The notes under the pieces: generated by a model
The model's input: the letters and a program-made list of their open reading frames with translations, nothing else
Database searches by the model: none
Told to the model about the DNA's origin: nothing
In this document: piece by piece, positions 1 through 7,808 of the stretch
How positions within the stretch are numbered: position 1 is the first letter of the stretch
Layout of the letters: each line of letters opens with the position of its first letter
Made by a program: the position numbers and the translations under genes
IMG/VR virus record: IMGVR_UViG_3300012663_001722
Span: 1-64,000 of that record
Source: a virus
Lineage: Duplodnaviria; Caudoviricetes
DNA length: 64,000 bases
Reading direction: 5' to 3' (one strand)

Positions 1-206
1 CCACGGTCACTCCATGAGCCATCGTTATACCAAATTGTGCCAAAGAGTTCTTGACGACCATAGTCAAAGTCGAGACGAGGCAATACCTCTTCAAGAGTTC
101 CTTCGATCTTTATGTTACTATCTCCCCAGTCGAGTTCGTGGTTGATTTGAACATACTTTACTTGGCGATCTGCAATGTGATTCAATAATTCTTTTTTAGC
201 ATTCAT
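1..206 (-). CDS. Hypothetical phage protein, truncated by window start
   Basis: Read by hand: ATG at 206, MNAKKELLNHIADRQVKYVQ...QELFGTIWYNDGSWSDR, open to position 1. Confidence 0.7.
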   Translation of the reverse strand, partial: MNAKKELLNHIADRQVKYVQINHELDWGDSNIKIEGTLEEVLPRLDFDYGRQELFGTIWYNDGSWSDR

Positions 207-248
207 ATTATTATTCTTTGTCCTTTCTATCGGAACCTATGAGATGCA

Positions 249-440
249 TCATCTCATAAAACCTCCAAATAGTGCCATAAACACTATAGCGATAATCGCA
301 ATGCTGAGTACCAAAGCAAGTGGAAGCCAAAGCGGAGACAATACCCACCACCATGACCAATCGATCTGATCAGTTAGCTTGAGTACAATAAAGACCAAAG
401 TTAATACTAAAGCAAACCATCCATTATTATTATTTTCCAT
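249..440 (-). CDS. Small two-helix membrane protein
   Basis: Hydrophobic; LVFIVLKLT..IDWSWWWVLSPLW pattern common in phage membrane proteins. Confidence 0.75.
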   Translation of the reverse strand: MENNNNGWFALVLTLVFIVLKLTDQIDWSWWWVLSPLWLPLALVLSIAIIAIVFMALFGGFMR

Positions 441-441
441 A

Positions 442-741
442 TTATTTTTTAAGTTTTAATTGTTGTAATTGTTCAAGACATACTGCCAGTTGAGCTTCGA
501 GGTCAACATCCTTTAAGTTAAAAGTGCTGCACATCGACTTGATGCGAAACAGTGCAATAATTAATTCGCTCGCTAGAATCTCGAGACTGGCGTTACGCTC
601 CTTAGATTTTGCAAGATCGTCTTGTAAATCTAGCAGAGTCTCATAAAGAGTATTGCAACGATCCTTGTGGCTATTGCCAATGTCAAGATACTCGCAACAC
701 AGATCATGTTGACTTATTGCGTATTGATGCCGTTTTTTCAT
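442..741 (-). CDS. Hypothetical coiled-coil protein
   Basis: ORF track 442..792; start refined to ATG 741 overlapping upstream TGA (ATGA). Confidence 0.6.
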   Translation of the reverse strand: MKKRHQYAISQHDLCCEYLDIGNSHKDRCNTLYETLLDLQDDLAKSKERNASLEILASELIIALFRIKSMCSTFNLKDVDLEAQLAVCLEQLQQLKLKK

Positions 742-1292
742 TTTTTCTTTTGTTGTAATTTTGAATATTCTTCGTCGCTCATGATTCTCCACCAGCGATC
801 GGTTCTTAACTTGCCATCGCTGCTGCCACTAACTTGACAGCTATGACTGCAAATTTTTTCTGCAAGAGCTAACAATCCACTTATGCGTTCACGAGCTCTT
901 GGATCATCACAGCTATAATAGAGTCTCAGATCTGCAAACTTTTCTTTAAGTTGATTAATAACAATAACAGGCTTTACAACATTGCGTTTTGCTAATCTAT
1001 AACGAAATCGAAATTTACGAGGCAAGCGCAAGCTTGCAAAGAGACGATTGCACGCATCCGTTATACGCTTTACAAATCCAACCTCATAATAATCAATGCC
1101 ATTTTTGGCTAAGCTGTTGAGTTCTGCAAATAGATCATCAACAATTGGCCTCCAACCAATCGGGCAATCACTAATTTCAACCGTGCCTTGAGACCATTTA
1201 ACCGCAGGATATTTTTTTACAAGCTCATTAATAAAATCCATTTCTTCCTTCCATGCAGTTTCTAAGGCTGCTGATGTTTTATTCTCTTTCAT
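738..1292 (-). CDS. Hypothetical phage protein
   Basis: 184 aa ORF; QLKEKFADLRLYY and C-terminal C..C..G pattern recalled from phage hypotheticals. Confidence 0.7.
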   Translation of the reverse strand: MKENKTSAALETAWKEEMDFINELVKKYPAVKWSQGTVEISDCPIGWRPIVDDLFAELNSLAKNGIDYYEVGFVKRITDACNRLFASLRLPRKFRFRYRLAKRNVVKPVIVINQLKEKFADLRLYYSCDDPRARERISGLLALAEKICSHSCQVSGSSDGKLRTDRWWRIMSDEEYSKLQQKKK

Positions 1293-1293
1293 A

Positions 1294-1536
1294 TTAACTA
1301 CAAATGTGTTTACTAAAATTTTTCACAGCGCTTCTTGCGCCATTTGCTTGAAATCGTGCTCGATTTTCTTGCCAGCTATTATGTGATAGGATCTCGATCT
1401 CACCACCCGTTTTATGACTATAGATCATACGACCCTTTGGCCGTAAATCTGGTCCGGCAAAAGCACATGCCCGACAACTTTCAAGACCAAGTTCAGCTCT
1501 TGGCGTTTCTACAATATTTCCGCAATTGCAATACAT
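1294..1536 (-). CDS. Small Cys4 zinc-finger protein (DksA/TraR-finger-like)
   Basis: CNCG..I..PRAELGLESCRACA spacing. Confidence 0.55.
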   Translation of the reverse strand: MYCNCGNIVETPRAELGLESCRACAFAGPDLRPKGRMIYSHKTGGEIEILSHNSWQENRARFQANGARSAVKNFSKHICS

Positions 1537-1539
1537 AAT

Positions 1540-1578
1540 AAAAAAATTGAGGCAGGGATTAAGCGCCTCCCTGCCTCA
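1540..1578 (-). terminator. Rho-independent terminator
   Basis: 11-bp stem tgaggcaggga/tccctgcctca followed by U7 on minus strand. Confidence 0.85.
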
Positions 1579-1586
1579 GGTTAGGG

Positions 1587-1826
1587 TTAGGCGCGACCTT
1601 CTACAAAAGCATAGAGCTCGTCGGCTCTCTTAATGATTTGTGCTGAAGTTGGCATAATGCGTTCAATGTCAGCTTCACTGACTTTGGCTTCACTTATATG
1701 TCCATTTAAGTCTGGCTTTAACTTGCGAAGTTCGTCAAGTTTCCAGGCTGAGGCGTTAAACAAATCGCTATGTGCGATTTGCAATACTGCTAAGCGTATC
1801 TCATACGCGTTTTTACTGTTATTCAT
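1587..1826 (-). CDS. Hypothetical protein
   Basis: 79 aa ORF ending just before terminator; AYEIRLAVLQIA and IIKRADELYAFVE motifs. Confidence 0.7.
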   Translation of the reverse strand: MNNSKNAYEIRLAVLQIAHSDLFNASAWKLDELRKLKPDLNGHISEAKVSEADIERIMPTSAQIIKRADELYAFVEGRA

Positions 1827-1916
1827 TTTGTTTGTGTTTGTTTGTGTTTATGTCAGCATCTATTATGCACTGACAGTTTTATATATATGAGAGATTATCT
1901 CCATTGGATGACTTAT

Positions 1917-2261
1917 TCAAAAAAAATCAAATGACTTAGCATCTGTATAGTCATCAATCCAATAGACCCATTCGCCATCACGAAACAAGTAATTGTAGTT
2001 TTGACAATCAATATCTTTAGCTAAACTATATTCATTGATGTATAAATGTTCTTTGCGATCGCGATGATATGCAACAGTTTTTTCAAGATTTTCTGCGAGT
2101 TGGGATAGATCTCCAAGATCGATAAGCGCGTTTACTTTCTCTGCTGTATTATAATTCTCTTTGAGAAGCTTGCCATTGTGGCTCAAATAGCCATCAAAGT
2201 GGCAATAGATGGAGCGAATGCCTTTTGGAGTTTCAATTGAGATTGTTGATCGTGTTGACAT
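1917..2261 (-). CDS. Hypothetical phage protein
   Basis: MSTRSTI..IYCHFDGY..NYNT.EKV..LIDLGDLS..YNYLF..GEW pattern. Confidence 0.75.
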   Translation of the reverse strand: MSTRSTISIETPKGIRSIYCHFDGYLSHNGKLLKENYNTAEKVNALIDLGDLSQLAENLEKTVAYHRDRKEHLYINEYSLAKDIDCQNYNYLFRDGEWVYWIDDYTDAKSFDFF

Positions 2262-2269
2262 AGTGTGTG

Positions 2270-2434
2270 TTAATTATATTGGAGTTCGTTTTTGTTAGAG
2301 CGGCAGCCATATTTTGCATTATGATGCTTCTTGTCCTTGAATTTTTTCACAGGAGGAGCATAAGAATGACGAGTCAGTGCACGAAGGGCGATCGGACTAT
2401 AGTCGAAAGTCTTTGAGTTATGAGGCTTTTTCAT
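2270..2434 (-). CDS. Small basic early protein
   Basis: ATG 2434 follows the promoter leader; track start at 2488 lies inside the promoter. Confidence 0.6.
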   Translation of the reverse strand: MKKPHNSKTFDYSPIALRALTRHSYAPPVKKFKDKKHHNAKYGCRSNKNELQYN

Positions 2435-2444
2435 ATATTGGCTG

Positions 2445-2495
2445 TTGCTTACAAGGAAATAATACCACAAATCACGCGATTTGTACACCTAAAAA
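2445..2495 (-). promoter_or_regulatory. Early promoter type I (TGTACA-17-TATTAT, palindromic spacer)
   Basis: -35 at 2482-2487, -10 at 2459-2464; near-identical copies at 10167, 23342, 26036, 29099. Confidence 0.8.
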
Positions 2496-2706
2496 TTCAT
2501 ATTTTTTAAATATTTCTCCTATTGCACACTGAAGACCTAGGTCTGTGGCTCCTAGTAAATCCCATGTCGGATGTAATATTCTCGAATGGGCAGATGATGC
2601 TACATCAAATGTACAGCCGCTCCATATCTTGCTCCACACTTGATCCTCTACGCTGCAAAATACTGCATTCTTTATAGTGACATTGATCTCGTTTTTCAAT
2701 ATTCAT
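2472..2706 (-). pseudogene. Diverged MNI..YEY family gene with apparent +1 frameshift near the start
   Basis: ATG AAT ATT GAA AAA C GAG ATC: coupled ATG at 2706 is one base out of frame with the body ORF (2472..2699, TTG start). Confidence 0.45.
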
Positions 2707-2842
2707 ATCCGTTTATTGCATTGTCAACTGAGCCATAAATTGCGTTAATAACTGAGCCATAAACTGAGCCCCAAACTGAGCCACCAACTGAGCCCCAAAC
2801 TGAGTTACTAACTAAGTCATATATTTCCCTTTCAATATTCAT
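2696..2842 (-). CDS. SVxx-repeat mini-protein (48 aa)
   Basis: Read by hand: MNIEREIYDLVSNSVWGSVGGSVWGSVYGSVINAIYGSVDNAINGYEY; below ORF-track cutoff. Confidence 0.75.
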   Translation of the reverse strand: MNIEREIYDLVSNSVWGSVGGSVWGSVYGSVINAIYGSVDNAINGYEY

Positions 2843-2965
2843 AATCTGCTATTACAGTGTTAACAGAGTTACTAACTGAGTTACAAACTGAGTTCCAAAC
2901 TGAGTTCCAAACTGAGTTCCAAACTGAGTTACTAACTGAGTTACTAACTGAGTTACTAACTGAGC
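2720..2965. repeat. 12-bp tandem repeat array B (plus strand NNNNNAACTGAG)
   Basis: aactgag recurring every 12 bp in two blocks. Confidence 0.9.
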
Positions 2966-2990
2966 GATCTATTTCCCTTTCAATATTCAT
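2832..2990 (-). CDS. SVxx-repeat mini-protein (52 aa)
   Basis: Read by hand: MNIEREIDR(SVSN)3(SVWN)3SVCNSVSNSVNTVIADYEY. Confidence 0.75.
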   Translation of the reverse strand: MNIEREIDRSVSNSVSNSVSNSVWNSVWNSVWNSVCNSVSNSVNTVIADYEY

Positions 2991-3180
2991 AATGATCTAT
3001 ATAGTCGTCAATAGCATCTACAATTTTACATGTGCATACAAAATGAGGATATGTTACCTTAGACCAATAGATGTTATGAAAATCATAAGGTACAATGTAA
3101 GTCAAATCGTCAAGCTGTGTTTTAAGACTTGACTCACTAGTCTGCACATGACAATGTAGTTTTTCAAAAATATCAGTCAT
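2980..3180 (-). CDS. Hypothetical protein ending HYEY, coupled to the SVxx array
   Basis: ATG 3180 just after the tRNA; track extension to 3267 is tRNA sequence. Confidence 0.6.
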   Translation of the reverse strand: MTDIFEKLHCHVQTSESSLKTQLDDLTYIVPYDFHNIYWSKVTYPHFVCTCKIVDAIDDYIDHYEY

Positions 3181-3189
3181 AATAGAGAG

Positions 3190-3273
3190 TAGCCACGGCC
3201 GGAGTCGAACCGGCACGCCCGTAAGGACAACGGATTTTAAGTCCGCGACGTCTACCAATTCCGCCACGTGGCC
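3190..3273 (-). tRNA. trnL-TAA: tRNA-Leu (anticodon TAA), no encoded CCA
   Basis: GGCCACG acceptor, D arm GGCGGAATTGGTAGAC, anticodon loop CTTAAAA, long variable arm, GGTTCGACTCC T arm. Confidence 0.95.
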
Positions 3274-3288
3274 ATAAAACTTTATTTA

Positions 3289-3528
3289 TCAAATTCCTCG
3301 ATAGAGAGTATAGAAGGCAACATCTTCAGGCGTTGCATCTCGTACATATTCATAAGAACTGCTATGATGCGATGTGTATATATCAACTTCATGATATACT
3401 TTATTATCGCTGCCAATAAAATAACCACTTTTCCATCTACCAGTTATGATAAGATGCTGTTGAATTATTCTCAAGATCTCGCTCTGCGAGAGCTCTACTT
3501 CGACATGTTGAATTGCTTTTACTCTCAT
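3289..3528 (-). CDS. Hypothetical protein
   Basis: 79 aa ORF coupled (ATGA) to upstream gene. Confidence 0.6.
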   Translation of the reverse strand: MRVKAIQHVEVELSQSEILRIIQQHLIITGRWKSGYFIGSDNKVYHEVDIYTSHHSSSYEYVRDATPEDVAFYTLYRGI

Positions 3529-3947
3529 GCTTCTGAAGTTTTCATTGTTTCATGAACAGTGTCAATCACAATGGTATCGGGCTCGCCTTCATCTTGAAGA
3601 ATTTTTGTGCCCTCAGGCCAAGCTTGTTCTTTGGCTTTTTTGCCTTTGGTTTTTTTTAGCACAGGAGTCACGCTACTTAGCACTGGCTTGCCAGCTTTTT
3701 TAGCGCGCTTTGTGCCACTTGATGTTGGAGCAGTGACTGCCCTACCTGCATCAACGCCTGTGACATCCCATTTGCCTCGTCCGACTTTATTTGTCATAAA
3801 GACTTCAGCAGCGCCAACATAACCGAAGCCATGCGCGCGGGCTGTTTCATAGATTTGAACTGTAGAGGCAACAGGCCAAGCACCAATTGCATGTAGTGCG
3901 TTAATAACTGTTGCATTGTCACCATATTTTGTACGTGTTTGTTTCAT
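3525..3947 (-). CDS. Stand-alone paralog of the N-terminal domain of the MoxR/CobS-like ATPase, with basic tail
   Basis: ALHAIGAWPVASTVQIYETARAHGF..FMTNKVGRGKW aligns by eye with SLKAIGAWPTASTTQIYEHARANGF..FMTHKVGRGSW at 60761..61939. Confidence 0.75.
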   Translation of the reverse strand: MKQTRTKYGDNATVINALHAIGAWPVASTVQIYETARAHGFGYVGAAEVFMTNKVGRGKWDVTGVDAGRAVTAPTSSGTKRAKKAGKPVLSSVTPVLKKTKGKKAKEQAWPEGTKILQDEGEPDTIVIDTVHETMKTSEA

Positions 3948-3972
3948 AATATATTTGTTGTTTGTTGGAGAA

Positions 3973-4152
3973 TTAGAGATTGTTGTGAAGGACCAAATAG
4001 TCGACATAGCATTTTACACTAGACAAAGTCTTGAAGGTGGTTGCGCGCACCATCCACATGCCGCCATGTGTGCCGCTATTGGGCAGGCGTTTGAAAATAG
4101 TTACGCCGCGATATTCAGAGTGCTTTTTGTATTTAGGAGTGAGAACTAACAT
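3973..4152 (-). CDS. Small early protein (59 aa)
   Basis: Read by hand: MLVLTPKYKKHSEYRGVTIFKRLP...; first ATG after promoter. Confidence 0.6.
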   Translation of the reverse strand: MLVLTPKYKKHSEYRGVTIFKRLPNSGTHGGMWMVRATTFKTLSSVKCYVDYLVLHNNL

Positions 4153-4260
4153 ATTGCTTACAAGGATATTATACCATAAAACACAGGAAAAGTAAACAAA
4201 AAAGTGATATTTTTTTCACTTTTTTTAGGGGCCCCAGGCCGGCCCCCCAGCTGGGCCCCA
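4153..4260 (-). promoter_or_regulatory. Early promoter type II (TTTACT-17-TATAAT) with A-tract and upstream GC-rich palindromic element
   Basis: -10 4168-4173, -35 4191-4196, GC element 4228-4260. Confidence 0.8.
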
Positions 4261-4304
4261 GACATATATGTCTGGGGTCTTATTCGTGGCTCTCTCAGTT
4301 CAGC

Positions 4305-4526
4305 TTAGGGAGCGCAGACTAATGCATATTCACGCTGATGAATCTCGCTCCACACCTTTGATTCTATTCCTAAATTCATCATTGGCGAGATTATGCCATT
4401 CCATATCTCATCATCAGCCACACCATAGCCGGAAAATGTCATATGCTTGACTGCTATCAAGCTTGAAGAGATCGCGTCACGGGCCGCGCGCTGTATCTTG
4501 TCTCTTACCTCTACGTCAATATTCAT
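4305..4526 (-). CDS. Diverged MNI..YEY family protein
   Basis: MNIDVEV start overlapping upstream YEY-stop. Confidence 0.6.
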   Translation of the reverse strand: MNIDVEVRDKIQRAARDAISSSLIAVKHMTFSGYGVADDEIWNGIISPMMNLGIESKVWSEIHQREYALVCAP

Positions 4527-4740
4527 AATCAAAAAGACTATCTGCTATTCTAACGTATAGCTCGACCCATACTACGTCACTTACAGGAATCTCTATATCA
4601 CACCAAACATTGTCTGAGACTATGTTATGTTTAGATCTCGAAACGCTTTCGAAAAGTGGATCCGCTATATTAATATAGCTTCTGCGGCGTGTTACGTCAT
4701 ATAGATATTCTTCAATATTCATATATTGTTGATATATCAT
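4516..4740 (-). CDS. Diverged MNI..YEY family protein
   Basis: MNIEEYL near N-terminus, ends DYEY. Confidence 0.6.
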   Translation of the reverse strand: MIYQQYMNIEEYLYDVTRRRSYINIADPLFESVSRSKHNIVSDNVWCDIEIPVSDVVWVELYVRIADSLFDYEY

Positions 4741-4973
4741 TCAAAAATACCCGCGGGTATAAGGGTATAACTAACTTTCACCGACATCAACGATGAGTGC
4801 TTATCATAAAAATCATATTCAAAACTGGATAATACACGATCATATCTTACTCTACTTCGCACACTATTAATAACATCGACTTCCACAATATTTGCAATTT
4901 CGAAATATAGCTGTTCACGCAGACTGATATTTTTGTCATATAGTTTGGTATCTATTTCCTTTTCAATATTCAT
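4737..4973 (-). CDS. Diverged MNIEKEI family protein
   Basis: MNIEKEID N-terminus; residual NSV/SV motifs. Confidence 0.65.
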   Translation of the reverse strand: MNIEKEIDTKLYDKNISLREQLYFEIANIVEVDVINSVRSRVRYDRVLSSFEYDFYDKHSSLMSVKVSYTLIPAGIFE

Positions 4974-5169
4974 ATTCTTTTATTGCAGCGTTAACTGAGT
5001 TCCTAACTGAGTCACTAACTGAGATACCAGCTGAGATACCAGCTGAGATCCAAACTGAGATCCGAACTGAGATCCGAACTGAGTCATCAACCGAGCTATA
5101 AACCGAGTTATTAACTGAGTCATAAACTGAATTTCTAACTACATTATCTATTTCCTTTTTAATATTCAT
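4963..5169 (-). CDS. SVxx-repeat mini-protein
   Basis: MNIKKEID..(xxSV)n..NAAIKEYEY. Confidence 0.8.
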   Translation of the reverse strand: MNIKKEIDNVVRNSVYDSVNNSVYSSVDDSVRISVRISVWISAGISAGISVSDSVRNSVNAAIKEYEY

Positions 5170-5525
5170 ATTCCTCTAATATATCAATAACCGAGTCTCT
5201 AACTGAGTCCCAAACTGAGCCATAAACTGTGTTCCTAACTGAGATACCAACTGAGTGCCAAACTGAGTCTCTAACTGAGTGCCAAACTGAGTCTCTAACT
5301 GAGTTATCAACTGAGCGATCTATTTCCTTTTCAATATTCATATTCTTTTATTGCAGCGTTAACTGAGTTACTAACCGAGTCCCAAACTGAGTTCCCAACT
5401 GAGTTCAAAACTGAGTTCCCAACTGAGCCACCAACTGAGCCCCAAACTGAGTTACTAGCTGAGTTACGAACTGAGTCCCAAACTGAGTTACTAACTGAGT
5501 TATTAACTGAGTCAATAACTGAATA
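4985..5525. repeat. 12-bp tandem repeat array A
   Basis: aactgag/aaccgag every 12 bp in three blocks. Confidence 0.9.
5159..5341 (-). CDS. SVxx-repeat mini-protein
   Basis: MNIEKEIDR..SVRDSVWH..EEYEY. Confidence 0.8.
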   Translation of the reverse strand: MNIEKEIDRSVDNSVRDSVWHSVRDSVWHSVGISVRNTVYGSVWDSVRDSVIDILEEYEY

Positions 5526-5549
5526 ATATATTTCCTTTTTAATATCCAT
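5331..5549 (-). CDS. SVxx-repeat mini-protein
   Basis: MDIKKEIYYSVIDSV..NAAIKEYEY; start refined to 5549. Confidence 0.8.
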   Translation of the reverse strand: MDIKKEIYYSVIDSVNNSVSNSVWDSVRNSASNSVWGSVGGSVGNSVLNSVGNSVWDSVSNSVNAAIKEYEY

Positions 5550-5772
5550 AATAATCAACAACTTCTCTCAATTTCTGCTCAAATACATCACAAAAATCCA
5601 ATGGTCTCATGACCCCAGAACGGACTGCATGTAAATCATCTTTATTAACAATCATCATACTTAAGCTGACCATTTTTTCATCTATGCCTAGCACGCGAGG
5701 CAATGCTAGCCACACATTTCTATCACAAGAATAAACATAGTCATCAACGGATATTTCAAATGTAGTTTTCAT
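5539..5772 (-). CDS. Hypothetical protein ending YYGY, coupled to array A
   Basis: 77 aa ORF; stop overlaps ATGGATATT of next gene. Confidence 0.6.
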   Translation of the reverse strand: MKTTFEISVDDYVYSCDRNVWLALPRVLGIDEKMVSLSMMIVNKDDLHAVRSGVMRPLDFCDVFEQKLREVVDYYGY

Positions 5773-6062
5773 TAATCTTGCTTAGCAAGATGTATTTTTT
5801 GAAAAGCCTTAGCATTTGCGTAAACTGTTGACATGCTCAAACGACGTGTAAAGTCTGAGCGAGAAAGCGGTTTATCCATTGGAGTATTATCCATTCGCCA
5901 GCCGTCGGGCGACTTAATAAATTCAACATAAGCAAATTCAGGATCTTGTAGCCACTCTTGTGGAGTCTTTTTTGCAAAAATTACATCCCAGCCTTTGCGA
6001 TACATATCATTGCTAACGCGACTAGAGATGCTGTCGCCTGTAATATCATTTTTAGTTGCCAT
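5772..6062 (-). CDS. Hypothetical protein
   Basis: MATKNDITGDSI..MYRKGWDVIF motif; start refined. Confidence 0.65.
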   Translation of the reverse strand: MATKNDITGDSISSRVSNDMYRKGWDVIFAKKTPQEWLQDPEFAYVEFIKSPDGWRMDNTPMDKPLSRSDFTRRLSMSTVYANAKAFQKIHLAKQD

Positions 6063-7152
6063 ATTGTTCAAGAATTTTAAATAGGGTATCTGAGAATTGT
6101 TTCTCGTTAATTTCTTTGCGATCAAATAGAGAGAAGGCTAGACCAGTTTGCCAGCCTTCAAAGTTAGCTAGCACAAGTTGTGCCGCATCCTTGCGAGTCT
6201 CACACCAATCAAGATCAGTTTTGATAAAGCTCTTGATTCGATCAACTAGTTGCAAATAGTCATTATAGACTGCGACAACTGTCTCAATATCATCTTTGAT
6301 TTTTTCAGCAATCTCATAGTCAAGAGTGCTCTCAACATAGGCATAAAACTCATCAGCTGCAGTAAATCGAGGGCTGCAGATAAAAAGTTCAAGAACATGC
6401 TTGATATTTTTAATGCCAGTCGCGAGCCGATGCAGTTTTAAATATGCATCAGCTTTGATTTTCTTGAGAGTCTGGCCATCAGGACTATATAACACAACGC
6501 CTTCTTTACCCGTCCATGCACTTACATCAGCGATGCAGCTTGCGATGCTATCATAGACATATCGATCTGGACGTGGCAGGCCAAGAATAGTTGCAATAAC
6601 ATCCACATTACTTGGTGTCATAAGCACTGCAGTCTCATTGTCAACAAGACCAAGCAAAGTTAGAGTAGGCTCAGCATGCTCACGAATTACAATAATATTG
6701 TTTGGAGTAGTCCATTCGAAAAGCAAACTCCAGCCACTGTCAAGATAGACATTGCTAAAAGCAGTTGGATATTTCTCGCGCAGCATATTAATCTCATGGC
6801 CATTAGGCAAAGTGCGAGCATCAACTGTGCCGCGAGTGCGAGCAATACTAACTCCAGCATATTGTGAAACGATTAGCAAACTGCCATCCATTTTGTGTCG
6901 AGCCTCGACTGGCCAAGTTGGGTCCCAAGGTTGAAATGCTGGCTTTTCACCATAGTTAGTGAATTTGCCAAAACCTTGAGACACAACATCTCCAGAAGAA
7001 TTTAATAGACAACTGCGAAATCGAGAATTGTCGTCTTGCCAATCTGTGCCCATGTCAGTTGGAGTCACAAGCGTAAGGGATTCTAACAGCTCAGGATGCT
7101 GCACACTCTGGACTTTGAATCCGCAGGCGGCGAGATATGTGGTGTCTTGCAT
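6052..7152 (-). CDS. RNA ligase, T4 Rnl1-like
   Basis: FGKFTNYGE, KMDGSL (KxDG motif I), FEW, KEGVV, KIK; start refined to ATG 7152. Confidence 0.8.
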   Translation of the reverse strand: MQDTTYLAACGFKVQSVQHPELLESLTLVTPTDMGTDWQDDNSRFRSCLLNSSGDVVSQGFGKFTNYGEKPAFQPWDPTWPVEARHKMDGSLLIVSQYAGVSIARTRGTVDARTLPNGHEINMLREKYPTAFSNVYLDSGWSLLFEWTTPNNIIVIREHAEPTLTLLGLVDNETAVLMTPSNVDVIATILGLPRPDRYVYDSIASCIADVSAWTGKEGVVLYSPDGQTLKKIKADAYLKLHRLATGIKNIKHVLELFICSPRFTAADEFYAYVESTLDYEIAEKIKDDIETVVAVYNDYLQLVDRIKSFIKTDLDWCETRKDAAQLVLANFEGWQTGLAFSLFDRKEINEKQFSDTLFKILEQYGN

Positions 7153-7190
7153 GGGATGATTATAGCATATTTTTCGCGATTTGTAAACCA
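7153..7190 (-). promoter_or_regulatory. sigma70-like promoter, probably leaderless transcript
   Basis: GTTTACA..TGCTATAAT, then 6 nt to ATG. Confidence 0.7.
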
Positions 7191-7205
7191 AAAAATGATG
7201 TTTTA

Positions 7206-7808
7206 TCACTTTTTTGCCTTCCAATCAATCACGACCTTTTCGTAAGGCTCAACCTCATAGATGCTGCTATATTCAATTTCTGTGCCATTATAGCTGGCAT
7301 ACCAGCCTGGAATATAGAAATAACGAGATGTGCCAGGCACTGCGCGGCTTTCGGCCTTAATCACACTATGCCAGTGTTCGCCAGAACCTTCACCACCGCC
7401 AACCTGTTCAACACATGTTAGAGTGAAGTTGTCATAGACCAGTCGAATCATTTCATTGACATATTGAACAAACTCGTCGCGCTCAAGACCATAGGCGCCA
7501 ATAGTCGTCTCTGCAATGCTATTAACTGGAAGACTATGTTTATAATGTACATTACGTTCTTTTAGATAATGATCCGTATCAAGCAGAGCTAGTGTCTGTT
7601 CTTTTGTATTTGTTTCTAGCTGTTCTAAAAGTGTTTGAATGATTTTTGAATCAAGCTCACTTAACGTCAAGCTATGAAGTCTAGAGTGCAAGCTTGCCTC
7701 TGCCTCTGCCACCGCTGCTGCCTCTGATGCTGCCTTTTCTGCAGCAACCTCGGCTTTCATTTTTTCCAGTTGTTTTTCCAATTCAAGGATTTGTGTATTA
7801 GTTTTCAT
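7206..7808 (-). CDS. Hypothetical phage protein (N-terminal coiled coil)
   Basis: C-terminal VEQVGGGEGSGE..GWYASYNGT..EVEPYEK pattern. Confidence 0.7.
   Translation of the reverse strand: MKTNTQILELEKQLEKMKAEVAAEKAASEAAAVAEAEASLHSRLHSLTLSELDSKIIQTLLEQLETNTKEQTLALLDTDHYLKERNVHYKHSLPVNSIAETTIGAYGLERDEFVQYVNEMIRLVYDNFTLTCVEQVGGGEGSGEHWHSVIKAESRAVPGTSRYFYIPGWYASYNGTEIEYSSIYEVEPYEKVVIDWKAKK

Noticed and set aside
2857-3132. Plus-strand ORF with TEFQ/TELL repeats
   Set aside because: Antisense shadow of the stop-free SVxx repeat
2980-3267. 95-aa ORF starting MAELVDVADLKS
   Set aside because: Its 5' third is the tRNA-Leu sequence read in frame; the real gene most likely starts at ATG 3180
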